Shown: piece by piece, positions 55,473 through 64,000 of the stretch
Layout of the letters: each line of letters opens with the position of its first letter
Position numbering within the stretch: the stretch's first letter is position 1
Assembly (NCBI GenBank): GCA_002722735.1
Contig: PBMR01000019.1
Span: forward strand, 4,746 to 68,745
From: Methanobacteriota archaeon
GTDB taxonomy: Archaea; Thermoplasmatota; Poseidoniia; Poseidoniales; Thalassarchaeaceae
Direction: 5' to 3'
DNA: 64,000 bases
The notes under the pieces: generated by a model
What the model saw: the letters and a program-made list of their open reading frames with translations, nothing else
What the model was told of the DNA's origin: nothing
Database searches by the model: none
Made by a program: the position numbers and the translations under genes

Positions 55473-58172
55473 TTGGTGGCTGAGGATCTTCTTCGTAGGA
55501 ACATCTCTGACGAGATGAAGGAGAGTTACATCAACTACGCTATGAGCGTAATCATAGGTAGGGCGCTTCCAGACGCCAGAGACGGCCTCAAACCGGTTCA
55601 CCGCAGGATCCTATGGGGGATGCATCAGGCCGGCCACTCTCACGACAAGGGATACAGCAAGTGTGCCCGATCGGTTGGCGAGGTCATGGGGAAATTCCAC
55701 CCCCATGGTGACCAAGCACTGTACGACACCATGGTCAGAATGGCCCAGGACTTCTCCCTTAGGTACCCGCTAATCGACGGTCAGGGGAACTTCGGGTCGA
55801 TTGATGGCGACCCCCCGGCAGCCATGCGCTACACCGAGAGCAGGTTGGATAGATTGTCCCAGCACATGCTAGACGACATCAACAAGAACACCATAGACAT
55901 GGAGCCTAATTTCGATGACACCGAGACCGAGCCCACTGTTCTGCCAGCACGACTGCCCAACCTCCTGCTGAACGGAAGCGACGGGATTGCCGTTGGGATG
56001 GCCACCAAGATTCCCCCGCACAACCTCAACGAGGTCGCTGCAGCCATCAAGTTCCACGTAGAGCGCGTGATCGAGCAAGACCGGAAGATAGGGCTCGACA
56101 ACCCCCCCAAGATCGATGCTCTGGAGTACATGGAGCATCTCAAGGGCCCGGACTTCCCCACTGGCGCTACAATCTTCGGTATCGACGGCATAGTGGATAT
56201 GTACAGGACGGGGCACGGCCGTTTCCATATTCGCTCGGATGTTGAAGTCATTGAGGACTCGAGGGAGAAGAAACTGGTAGTTTCCTCGATTCCATATCAG
56301 GTCAAGAAAGCCGCGATGCTCCGAGGAATCGCTGATTTGGTACAGAATGAGGCAATCAAAGGGATTCGCGACATCAGGGACGAGTCCAGCAAGGAAGGGA
56401 TTCGCGTGGTTATCGAGATCAAGCAGAATGCCGATCCTCACGCTGTCCTAAACCAGTTGTACCAGTCGAGCAGGCTGCAGGAGTCGTACTCCGCCAACAT
56501 GATGGGGATATTGAAAGGCGGGCCGGTCCAGCTCGATCTCAGGACGATTCTGCATACTCATGTCAGGCACAGGGAGTCTGTTATCGAGCGCAGGACACAG
56601 TTCGAGCTTGACAGATCCGAGGCACGGGCACATATCCTCGACGGGCTCATGCATGCGCAGAAGCGCATGTCAGAGATTATCGAGATGGGGAGGAACTCAG
56701 AGTCCCGAGACCAGTTCGAGCAGTATCTTCGTGGTGAGGAGAAGTACCCGAGGATCAAGCGCTTCGACTTCTCGAACAAGCAGGCCAGGGCCATCGCAGA
56801 ACGTCGTCTCTACCAGTTGACTAAACTGAACGTCCAGGAGGTCGCCGAGGAGCTCAAAAAGCTCAATGAGGCGATAGAAGACTACCGGGGCATCCTCGAT
56901 AGCAGGTTTCAACGCTTGAACATCATTATCGAGGAACTCGATGCGCTAGTGAATCGTCACGGAGACGAGCGGAGGACCCATATCGACCCCATGCCCCTCT
57001 CCATGGACAGGGAGGATCTGGTCGCTGAGGAGGCGATTGTCATCTCCCTGACCCAGGACAACTACATCCGGCACCTCCCCGTGGAAGGCTTCCGACTTCA
57101 GAATAGGGGTGGAAAGGGCCTGAAGGGAGTAACGACGAAAGACGAAGATACGCCTTCGAAAATCATAACCTGCTTCTCGAAGGATAGGTTACTGATCTTC
57201 ACTGACATGGGTCGTGTCTACGGCCTCAGGGCATGGGAGACCCCCTCTGCCAGTCGCTACGGGAGAGGGACGCATATCCGAAACCTCCTACGGGGCATCA
57301 GGGACGAGGAGAGGGTCATCTCAATCCTCCCCCTGAGCCGGAGCCTGATCAGTAATCCGGAGGGCAGCTACCTCATGTTCGCCACATCGAAGGGGAGGAT
57401 CAAGAAGAGCAGGCTATCCGAGTACGTTAAGATCAACCGAAACGGCAAGTACGCCCTCAGGTTCGCCGGGGGCCAGAACGACACCCTAGTCACTGTGAGA
57501 CCCGCGACGGACACCGATCACGTGGTACTGGTCTCTGCCCGAGGAAATGCTTGCAGGTTCAAGCCTGCAGAGGAGAGGACGCGCATCTCCCCCGAAACTG
57601 GCGATGCTATGACTACCCACGTAGTGAGGGTTCAGGGGAGGGTCAGCCAGGGAGTCTCGGGGATGAAGCTGGGGGCTGGCGACCGCGTAATCGGGATGAT
57701 CGTCACCGGGGACTTCGACACCAGTGTGCTCACAATTTCCAAGTATGGCATGGCCAAGCGCAGCAGACTTGGCTCTGGTGAGATGATTTCTCTTACCGAC
57801 GAAGCAGGTGGGGAAGTCCGTGACGAAGAGGGTGAGGTCGTCTATGTCAGGGATGGCTACCGACGCACCAATAGGGGAACGAAGGGGGTGCGTACAATGT
57901 CATTGAGAGATGATGACCACATCGTCAGCGTTCGTCAGATCCCCGACTTGGAGGATCATTTGTTCATGCTCACCGGATCCGGCATGATGATCAGAATGGT
58001 TTCGGGCCAGACCAAGGAGACATTGGGCAAGGTCACCAAGGGAACGCGCATCATGGAGTTGCGGAACGCAGATCGAACCGGATTCGTAGACGAGATAATT
58101 TTCGTTGCAAGACTGCCCTCCAACCTCGTCGATCCCCCAGATGCTGCGGATGACGCTATAGAGGAAGAATAG
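55473..58172 (+). CDS. gyrA: DNA gyrase subunit A
   Basis: [31 protein letters not shown] and the active-site region [11 protein letters not shown]-terminal beta-pinwheel repeats. GTG start. Confidence 0.95.
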   Translation: MVAEDLLRRNISDEMKESYINYAMSVIIGRALPDARDGLKPVHRRILWGMHQAGHSHDKGYSKCARSVGEVMGKFHPHGDQALYDTMVRMAQDFSLRYPLIDGQGNFGSIDGDPPAAMRYTESRLDRLSQHMLDDINKNTIDMEPNFDDTETEPTVLPARLPNLLLNGSDGIAVGMATKIPPHNLNEVAAAIKFHVERVIEQDRKIGLDNPPKIDALEYMEHLKGPDFPTGATIFGIDGIVDMYRTGHGRFHIRSDVEVIEDSREKKLVVSSIPYQVKKAAMLRGIADLVQNEAIKGIRDIRDESSKEGIRVVIEIKQNADPHAVLNQLYQSSRLQESYSANMMGILKGGPVQLDLRTILHTHVRHRESVIERRTQFELDRSEARAHILDGLMHAQKRMSEIIEMGRNSESRDQFEQYLRGEEKYPRIKRFDFSNKQARAIAERRLYQLTKLNVQEVAEELKKLNEAIEDYRGILDSRFQRLNIIIEELDALVNRHGDERRTHIDPMPLSMDREDLVAEEAIVISLTQDNYIRHLPVEGFRLQNRGGKGLKGVTTKDEDTPSKIITCFSKDRLLIFTDMGRVYGLRAWETPSASRYGRGTHIRNLLRGIRDEERVISILPLSRSLISNPEGSYLMFATSKGRIKKSRLSEYVKINRNGKYALRFAGGQNDTLVTVRPATDTDHVVLVSARGNACRFKPAEERTRISPETGDAMTTHVVRVQGRVSQGVSGMKLGAGDRVIGMIVTGDFDTSVLTISKYGMAKRSRLGSGEMISLTDEAGGEVRDEEGEVVYVRDGYRRTNRGTKGVRTMSLRDDDHIVSVRQIPDLEDHLFMLTGSGMMIRMVSGQTKETLGKVTKGTRIMELRNADRTGFVDEIIFVARLPSNLVDPPDAADDAIEEE

Positions 58173-58217
58173 CAGAACCGCTCGACTTAAGCATGGGCTG
58201 AAGGTCGTCGGACTACT

Positions 58218-58304
58218 GCGGCAGTCGCATAGCCTGGCCATTGCGCTGGATTGCTAATCCAGTGGTGTCTCACCTCGGGAGTTCGAATCTCCCCTGCCGC
58301 GCCA
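58218..58304 (+). tRNA. tRNA-Ser (anticodon GCU), long variable arm, CCA encoded
   Basis: GCGGCAG...CTGGA-TTGCTAA-TCCAG, a 14-nt variable arm (GGTG/CACC stem), GGGAG-TTCGAAT-CTCCC, CTGCCGC-G-CCA. Folded by hand. Confidence 0.9.
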
Positions 58305-58349
58305 ACGAGGAAGGGAGGTTTCATCCGCCCACTAGCCCTTCAAGGACAC

Positions 58350-59228
58350 GTGACAACCACGCCGGCCCTCCTCGGCCCATTGGGCGCCCCGTATGGGCCC
58401 GGTGCCATCGCCCTCCTCTGCATTGCTGCAATTTTACTCCTTGCTGTCGCTTGGAAGGTATTCGAGTACCTCAGCCTCAACCCATCCAACGACAGGTCTT
58501 GGGTTATCGACAACAAGAGAATGGCAACTGCCGAATTCAATGGTGACGAAGTCACAATCAGAAACGTAAGGGACTTCAATTGGAGGAGCACAAGAGACTT
58601 CGATGAGAACTGGGATGACGTGAAATATAGGCTCGATCAAGTCACGAAGATATGGTTCTTCCTCGAGTACTTCGACCCCACACGAAGACAGATGGCACAT
58701 ACGATTCTAAGCTTCGAATTCGAGGATGGAAGGCGCCTTGCCTGCTCAATCGAGGTGCGCAGGAAGAAGGGGAGTGCGTATCACCCCATCAGGGGCCTCT
58801 TCAGGCAGTACGAGTTGATCTACGTATGGGCAACGGAACGCGACGCGATAGGCGTCAGGACGCGTTGCAGGAGGAAATCGGTGACGCATCTGTTCGAGGC
58901 CATCATTCTGGGCCCGGGCAACGAGAGGAGGATGCTGGAGTCATACCTGCATCGAACCAACAAGCTTGGTGAAGAGCCTGAGTGGTACAACACGATTACC
59001 AACACCTGCACGACCAATATCGTCAGGCACGTCAATGAGGTGTATCCCGGCAGGGTGCCTAGGGCCGTGGCGGTGCTGCTTCCCGGCCTCAGTCCCAAAC
59101 TGCTCCACAAGAACAACCTAGTCAAGATGCATGGTTCCCTGGAGGAGACCCTCGAGAAGAGCGAGATAGATGACAAGGCGGAGTCGTGGGACGGTTCCAC
59201 TGACTTCGGTGACCATATCAGGCAGTAG
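58350..59228 (+). CDS. DUF4105 (Lnb N-terminal domain-like) protein with an N-terminal TM
   Basis: IRNVRDFNWRS, AHTILSFEFEDGRRLACSIEVRRKKG, FRQYELIYVWATERD and WYNTITNTCTTN. The track start at 58251 lies inside the tRNA, so in-frame GTG 58350 is proposed. The start remains uncertain. Confidence 0.6.
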   Translation: MTTTPALLGPLGAPYGPGAIALLCIAAILLLAVAWKVFEYLSLNPSNDRSWVIDNKRMATAEFNGDEVTIRNVRDFNWRSTRDFDENWDDVKYRLDQVTKIWFFLEYFDPTRRQMAHTILSFEFEDGRRLACSIEVRRKKGSAYHPIRGLFRQYELIYVWATERDAIGVRTRCRRKSVTHLFEAIILGPGNERRMLESYLHRTNKLGEEPEWYNTITNTCTTNIVRHVNEVYPGRVPRAVAVLLPGLSPKLLHKNNLVKMHGSLEETLEKSEIDDKAESWDGSTDFGDHIRQ

Positions 59229-59270
59229 GGATATGCGAGCATTCAACTGAATGGTGCCACTGCCGGGGGC

Positions 59271-60461
59271 GTGCTTCGAATCGAGGCGATTGAGGTCCCT
59301 GAAACAGTTCTCTGGAGGCTGCCCCCGTCCAAGAGTCACATGATCAGATGGCTTGTCCTCGCTGCACAGTCCAATGGCATCACTGAATTGGTCTTCGAGG
59401 GAGTGCCCGGCGAGGATATTGGCTCGATGGCAAGTTGCTTGGAGATGATGGGTGTCGAGATAGGTCGAGGAGAGGGGTCGTGGATAGTCAGGGGAGCAGA
59501 GGGCGGACTTTCCATTCCGGATAGGGATTTAGATTGCGGCAACTCGGGGACGACAGCACGCATTGTAACGGCCATAGCGGCTGGGATGCACCTGCCCGTT
59601 TCCATTGATGGTGACGATTCTCTAAGGGTTCGTAATGGGTCCGATTTAGCCTCAGTGCTGACCGGATTGGGTTGCCGGATTACATCAGAGAGGCTGCCTT
59701 GCACGGTTACTGGCCCAATTCAGCCCGGATGGGCGGAACTTGACCAATCATCGTCCAGCCAACCGCTGACAGCCCTTCTGCTCGCCTCACCAGGTTACCC
59801 AAGAGGGGCGGGAGTACAACTTACAGGAGAGTCGGTTAGTCGTGGATACAGTCGCCTGACAATCGAGATTTGTGAGGCGTGCGGCTCGATGGACATCCCT
59901 GATGGGGGGTCCCTTCGACTAGAGCCTTGGAGGGTTATGACACCGGACAGAGTGGTGATTCCCGGTGAGGCGAGCCTCGTGCCGATGTCCATGCTCTACG
60001 ATCGTCTCTTCGGTACCAAGTCCAACGTCGGCATCCCCTCGGGGGACCCTCTGATGGCCGAGGCAATAGAGAGGATAGGGGGCATGGAGGGGGGCATGGT
60101 CAATCTGCGAGATGCCAGCGATATCATCAGCCCTGCTGCCGCACTGATGGCAATCGAAGGTGGTGGAACCATCACCGGTGTGAGGCACGCTCGTGGAAAG
60201 GAGTCGGATCGAATTGGCAGGACAGTCGGGATGCTGGCCGATTTCGGCATGACCTCAAGGTCAACTGATGATGGCATCGAGATTCCGGGCGGACAGGTCC
60301 CCTCGAGACCGAAGAGGCCCGTAGAGACGCATTGTGATCATCGTCTAGCAATGACGGCCATGGTACTCGCCTGCAAGGTCGGAGGGAAAATCGTCAACCC
60401 CCATATCTGCGCCATCACCGACCCCGAGTTCATCGAGAGATTGACGAGGTTGGACGAGTAG
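59271..60461 (+). CDS. aroA: 3-phosphoshikimate 1-carboxyvinyltransferase (EPSP synthase)
   Basis: PPSKSHMIRWLVLAA, LDCGNSGTTARI, RGKESDRI and DHRLAMTAMVLA. Confidence 0.9.
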   Translation: MLRIEAIEVPETVLWRLPPSKSHMIRWLVLAAQSNGITELVFEGVPGEDIGSMASCLEMMGVEIGRGEGSWIVRGAEGGLSIPDRDLDCGNSGTTARIVTAIAAGMHLPVSIDGDDSLRVRNGSDLASVLTGLGCRITSERLPCTVTGPIQPGWAELDQSSSSQPLTALLLASPGYPRGAGVQLTGESVSRGYSRLTIEICEACGSMDIPDGGSLRLEPWRVMTPDRVVIPGEASLVPMSMLYDRLFGTKSNVGIPSGDPLMAEAIERIGGMEGGMVNLRDASDIISPAAALMAIEGGGTITGVRHARGKESDRIGRTVGMLADFGMTSRSTDDGIEIPGGQVPSRPKRPVETHCDHRLAMTAMVLACKVGGKIVNPHICAITDPEFIERLTRLDE

Positions 60462-60462
60462 C

Positions 60463-61431
60463 ATGTCGAAGAGTGAGGAGAGCCTCGTTACCCACTTGCT
60501 TCTATTGATGGTAGTCATAATCTGGGGTTCTTCGTGGGCCGTGGGTAGGATCCTCAGCAGTGGGCTGGACTCGGAGAGACCAGCCACCCTTGATCCTGCT
60601 ACTGCGGCTTGGCTGAGGTATGCCGTGGTGGTGGTAATGTTCTTCGCGTGGTGTACATACAAGTCATTGAGTGGAGGCAGGATCAGAGCCCTGCCACCCG
60701 ACCGCATCACTTGGGTGTCGGTACTCTGGATCGGCTTCTTCGGAGTCATGATCTACCAACTTCTATTCATGCACGGAATGAAGTGGACTGCAGCGGGGGA
60801 CGCTTCACTAATCATCCCAATCAACCCAGTCTTCACAGCCCTCCTAGCAGCACCGATGCTCGGACAGCCCATTTCTAGGAAAATGGCTCTAGGACTGCTG
60901 CTGGGAATGGCCGGTGTGACTGCGGTCGTTGGATGGAGTCCCAACGTGGACATACCATTCAAGCATCGTATCGTAGGAGACGCTATGATAATGCTCGCAG
61001 CCCTGTCTTGGGCAACGACTAGCAACCTCACCAAACGCATTATGGAGAGGAGGGGGGGTGAGGCAGAGGCTTCGGCCCTCGAGATAGTAATTTGGTACTC
61101 GTTCGTCGGCTGGTTGATGCTGACGCCGTGGATGCTGTACGAGCTCTGGGGCTCGCCGCTTCCCGCGCCCACCGTCGTCGAGTGGGTCTCAATCGTCTAC
61201 CTCGGTGCCTTCTCCACCGTCCTCGCCTACGTCTGGTTCGCGATTGGTATAGAGAGGCTCGGTCCGACGGCTGCGGCCTCGTATGTATTTCTGGTTCCGG
61301 TATTCGGCGTTATGACCGGTTGGGGTCTTCTAGGCGAGCGCATCGGAGCCTCTATGCTGGTGGGCTTCGCGCTCATTGTGGTCGGGGTCCGCGAGGTCCA
61401 GCGCGAAAGTGAGAGGCTGGAGGCTGGTTGA
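60463..61431 (+). CDS. EamA/DMT superfamily transporter
   Basis: About ten predicted TM segments in two EamA-like halves. Confidence 0.75.
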   Translation: MSKSEESLVTHLLLLMVVIIWGSSWAVGRILSSGLDSERPATLDPATAAWLRYAVVVVMFFAWCTYKSLSGGRIRALPPDRITWVSVLWIGFFGVMIYQLLFMHGMKWTAAGDASLIIPINPVFTALLAAPMLGQPISRKMALGLLLGMAGVTAVVGWSPNVDIPFKHRIVGDAMIMLAALSWATTSNLTKRIMERRGGEAEASALEIVIWYSFVGWLMLTPWMLYELWGSPLPAPTVVEWVSIVYLGAFSTVLAYVWFAIGIERLGPTAAASYVFLVPVFGVMTGWGLLGERIGASMLVGFALIVVGVREVQRESERLEAG

Positions 61432-61497
61432 AGGGCGCTCTGGTGTTGCCTCACGATTATATACGGAGTGTCAGTGGGCCGCCAACGAGGTGTTTGG

Positions 61498-62037
61498 ATG
61501 GCGCGCAAGCCTGCAAAGATGTACCGGCAAATCAAGGGACAGTCATTCACTCGTCGAGAGTATTCCGGGGGCGTTCCGAACAATAGGATACTACGCTACC
61601 ACATGGGAAATAGGAAGAAGGCCGAGGCAGGCGAGTTCGAGATAGTTTTGGAGTTGTATGCCGACAACGCATGCCAGATTCGTGACTCGGCTCTGGAGTC
61701 AGCAAGGCAGGTAGCCAACGCGACCATCAGGGATAGTGCCACTGGTCAAGGATATGCACTCAGAATGCACACCTACCCCCACCAAATTCTCAGGGAGAAC
61801 AAGCAGGCTACCGGCGCAGGAGCTGACAGGGTGTCCCAGGGAATGCGCCTCTCCTATGGGAAGAACGTAGGAACGGCAGCTAGGGTCCAGAAAGGCCAGA
61901 CGCTGATCTCCATCAAAACTGATCGCGAGCATTATCCTGCCGCCCGTGAGGCCCTGCGCAAGGCCGGCTGTAAATTCCCAACGCCGTGCACAGCCAAGGT
62001 CGTAGAGGGAGCCGAGCATTTGAAGGGTCTAGTCTGA
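61498..62037 (+). CDS. rpl10e: 50S ribosomal protein L10e (uL16)
   Basis: MARKPAKMYRQIKGQSFTRREYSGGVP is a typical L10e N-terminus. The start was moved to ATG 61498. Confidence 0.9.
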   Translation: MARKPAKMYRQIKGQSFTRREYSGGVPNNRILRYHMGNRKKAEAGEFEIVLELYADNACQIRDSALESARQVANATIRDSATGQGYALRMHTYPHQILRENKQATGAGADRVSQGMRLSYGKNVGTAARVQKGQTLISIKTDREHYPAAREALRKAGCKFPTPCTAKVVEGAEHLKGLV

Positions 62038-62049
62038 GGTTGAGGGGCA

Positions 62050-62628
62050 ATGTCGCCCTCTGACCCGCTGACTGTCCTGGAAGATTCGCTACGAGGCGCA
62101 CCAATCATCTGGAAGGGTGATTACCCATACTTCATCCACCCAATCTCAGATGGGATTCCCCGTATGGATGCCGATGTATTGCGAGCTACCAGTGACTTGA
62201 TAGTGGAGATGGTCAATTGGTCCGAGATTGACCTCATAGTCAGCGTCGAAGCGATGGGGCTGCCTCTACTGGCAGCGGTCGGGGGTGCGACTGGCAAGCC
62301 AACAGTGGTCATTCGAAAGCGATCCTACGGCATGGATGGTGAAGTCCGCGTTGACGTCTCCACTGGATACTCGCAATCAACCGCATACATCAATGACATA
62401 AAGGCAGGGGAGAGGCTCCTTGTCGTCGATGACGTCATATCCACAGGAGGTACTCTAGAACCGCTGCTGGAAGCCTTGGAGGGCATGGGGGCGATACTAC
62501 AGAACATCATTGTGGCCATCGAGAAGGGTGAGGGTTGCGAACGACTTGCACGGGAGCGCCCGAACTGGCCCATTAGCACACTAGCTAAAATCGACATCAT
62601 TGACGGGAAGGTCGAGATAGTCGAGTGA
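62050..62628 (+). CDS. hpt: hypoxanthine/guanine (purine) phosphoribosyltransferase, archaeal type
   Basis: WKGDYPYFIHPISDGIP and the PRPP motif LLVVDDVISTGGT. Confidence 0.8.
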   Translation: MSPSDPLTVLEDSLRGAPIIWKGDYPYFIHPISDGIPRMDADVLRATSDLIVEMVNWSEIDLIVSVEAMGLPLLAAVGGATGKPTVVIRKRSYGMDGEVRVDVSTGYSQSTAYINDIKAGERLLVVDDVISTGGTLEPLLEALEGMGAILQNIIVAIEKGEGCERLARERPNWPISTLAKIDIIDGKVEIVE

Positions 62629-63743
62629 TTGCAATGGACCTAGAGCGCCATAATTTCCAACTCGATGAACTGGTTGAGCGAATCAAGGCCAACGACAACC
62701 GGCTGGTAGCCCTCCAGGTGCCCGAGGGGCTCAAGATGCAGGCCTTGGGGATGATGGACTCCATAGAGGAAGAGTCTGGCGCGAAGGTTATTCTGGCTGC
62801 AGATCCCTGCTATGGCGCCTGCGATCTGGTCCACGACAAGATGCGGATGATGGGGGTCGAACTGGTGGCCCACATGGGCCACAGCCAGATGAACATCGAC
62901 TCCGGAATGCCCACTCACTTCATCCCAGTCACCTACGACGGCACCCCCGAACTGGCTGCGGTGCTCCCGATACTAGAGGGGCACCGGACCCTAGCCCAGT
63001 CGCGCCTTGTTTCGGCCAACGAGAGGGATGAGATGAACGAGGAGGTTGCCAAGGAGAGATTCCTCGATGCAGTGGGGCGAGTGGCTCCGCTGACTGGGGC
63101 GAAGCTCGGACTGGTTGGCTCTATTCAGCACCTCCACCTGCTGGAGGATTTCATGCACAGGCTAGAAGAGTGGGGCTTCGAGGTAGAGATCCCCCTCGGA
63201 GGGGACAGGCTGGCATTCCCCGGTCAGGTGCTAGGGTGCAACTACTCGGGAGATTCCCCCTCGATAGGGCACTATCTCTTCCTCGGATCCGGGGACTTCC
63301 ATCCAATCGGCCTTGTGCTCCACACCGGCAAGCCGCTGGCCATGCTGAACCCATACACCGGAGATGCCTCCGAGATGTCCTTCGAGTGGGTCGAACGGAT
63401 ACTCAGGCAGCGCTTCGGACTCATCATGGCGGTCGACGAGGCGATTTCTTTCGGGATTCTGATTGGTGAGAAGCCCGGGCAGATGAGGAGGAATCTGGCA
63501 ATTCGAATTAAGCGCCTCTTGGAGAAGCACGACAGGAGGGGGTACATGCTGGCGCTCGACCACGTCAGCCCGGATCTAATTGACTTTTACCCAGTCGATG
63601 CATTCGTCAACACAGCTTGCCCGCGCATCGCCATAGATGATTCGAAGAGATACTCAAAGCCACTCATTACACCTTACGAACTGGAGGTCGCGCTGGGTGA
63701 GAATCAGTGGGAGAGTGGTTACCAGTTTGACGAGATTCCCTGA
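62625..63743 (+). CDS. dph2: diphthamide synthesis protein Dph2 (2-(3-amino-3-carboxypropyl)histidine synthase)
   Basis: VALQVPEGLK, AADPCYGACD and NTACPRIAIDD blocks. The ATG overlaps the hpt stop. Confidence 0.85.
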   Translation: MIAMDLERHNFQLDELVERIKANDNRLVALQVPEGLKMQALGMMDSIEEESGAKVILAADPCYGACDLVHDKMRMMGVELVAHMGHSQMNIDSGMPTHFIPVTYDGTPELAAVLPILEGHRTLAQSRLVSANERDEMNEEVAKERFLDAVGRVAPLTGAKLGLVGSIQHLHLLEDFMHRLEEWGFEVEIPLGGDRLAFPGQVLGCNYSGDSPSIGHYLFLGSGDFHPIGLVLHTGKPLAMLNPYTGDASEMSFEWVERILRQRFGLIMAVDEAISFGILIGEKPGQMRRNLAIRIKRLLEKHDRRGYMLALDHVSPDLIDFYPVDAFVNTACPRIAIDDSKRYSKPLITPYELEVALGENQWESGYQFDEIP

Positions 63744-63761
63744 TTCCATCATTCGGATCAG

Positions 63762-64000
63762 CTAGACCAGTGGGACGAATCTTACCGGGCAGAGGGTCTT
63801 TGTCAAAATTACGTCATCAGCATCCTTTTCCATCCTAACCAGGTGCTGGTCGCTCCTTGTTCCTATCGGGGCTACCAGAATGCCCCCCAAACTGAGTTGG
63901 TCTATCCAGGTGATTGGTGCCTCGATAGGACAGGCCGCGGAGAGCACTGCAGAGAAAGGGGCAGTTGAAGGAAGGCCTGCCCTCCCGTCGGCGCATGCTA
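63762..64000 (-). CDS. pcm: protein-L-isoaspartate O-methyltransferase, C-terminal part (gene continues beyond the right edge)
   Basis: ...AACPIEAPITWIDQLSLGGILVAPIG...CPVRFVPLV is a typical PIMT C-terminus. The frame remains open to base 64000. Confidence 0.75.
   Translation of the reverse strand, partial: ACADGRAGLPSTAPFSAVLSAACPIEAPITWIDQLSLGGILVAPIGTRSDQHLVRMEKDADDVILTKTLCPVRFVPLV

Noticed and set aside
58251-58349. Track start of the DUF4105 ORF at 58251
   Set aside because: That start lies inside the tRNA-Ser gene (58218-58304). Translation more plausibly begins at in-frame GTG 58350 or later.
58218-61431. tRNA-Ser as the boundary of an integrated genomic island
   Set aside because: No integrase is present and no direct repeat of the tRNA 3' end was found by eye. 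The downstream genes (aroA, an EamA transporter, rpl10e) are housekeeping.

Overview
This is a compact, gene-dense archaeal chromosomal segment with roughly 60 genes and short intergenic spacers. I saw no rRNA, CRISPR array, transposase or integrase. Archaeal identity rests on r-proteins L37e, L44e, S27e and L10e, plus aIF2-alpha, Nop10, a PAC2 chaperone, NMD3, Dph2, Csl4 and an archaeal-type TyrRS. The acidic proteome, the large C-terminally anchored extracellular peptidases, the acyl-CoA dehydrogenase/ETF genes and the many bacterial-type genes suggest a marine heterotrophic Thermoplasmatota-like lineage, possibly MGII/MGIII. The bacterial-type genes are gyrBA, rmuC, a class II CCA enzyme, ccm genes, an M23 peptidase, DUF4105 and a long HMG-CoA synthase. 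The lineage assignment is inference only. Housekeeping content includes purF, sufCBD, aroD/aroA, gyrBA, tyrS, tmk, hpt and two tRNAs with encoded CCA. The observations most worth follow-up are listed below.
- A Csl4 exosome-cap protein is fused to a CxxC-x17-CxxC zinc ribbon, an RRM and an RGG tail. It sits in a putative operon with a METTL5-like methylase and a radical-SAM/HhH protein that has a C-x6-C-x2-C motif.
- A truncated cytochrome c maturation cluster carries a CcmA-CcmB fusion, CcmC and an untracked 49-aa CcmD-like ORF, with no ccmE/F/H nearby.
- A rhomboid protease with a C-terminal zinc ribbon lies next to a 1655-aa TM-anchored subtilase that also ends in a cytoplasmic zinc ribbon.
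- A thymidylate kinase is fused to an unknown ~230-aa domain.
- A surface-protein island includes a glutaminyl cyclase.
- A membrane gene is split at a G6 homopolymer.
All functional calls come from motif recognition by eye. No database searches were run.
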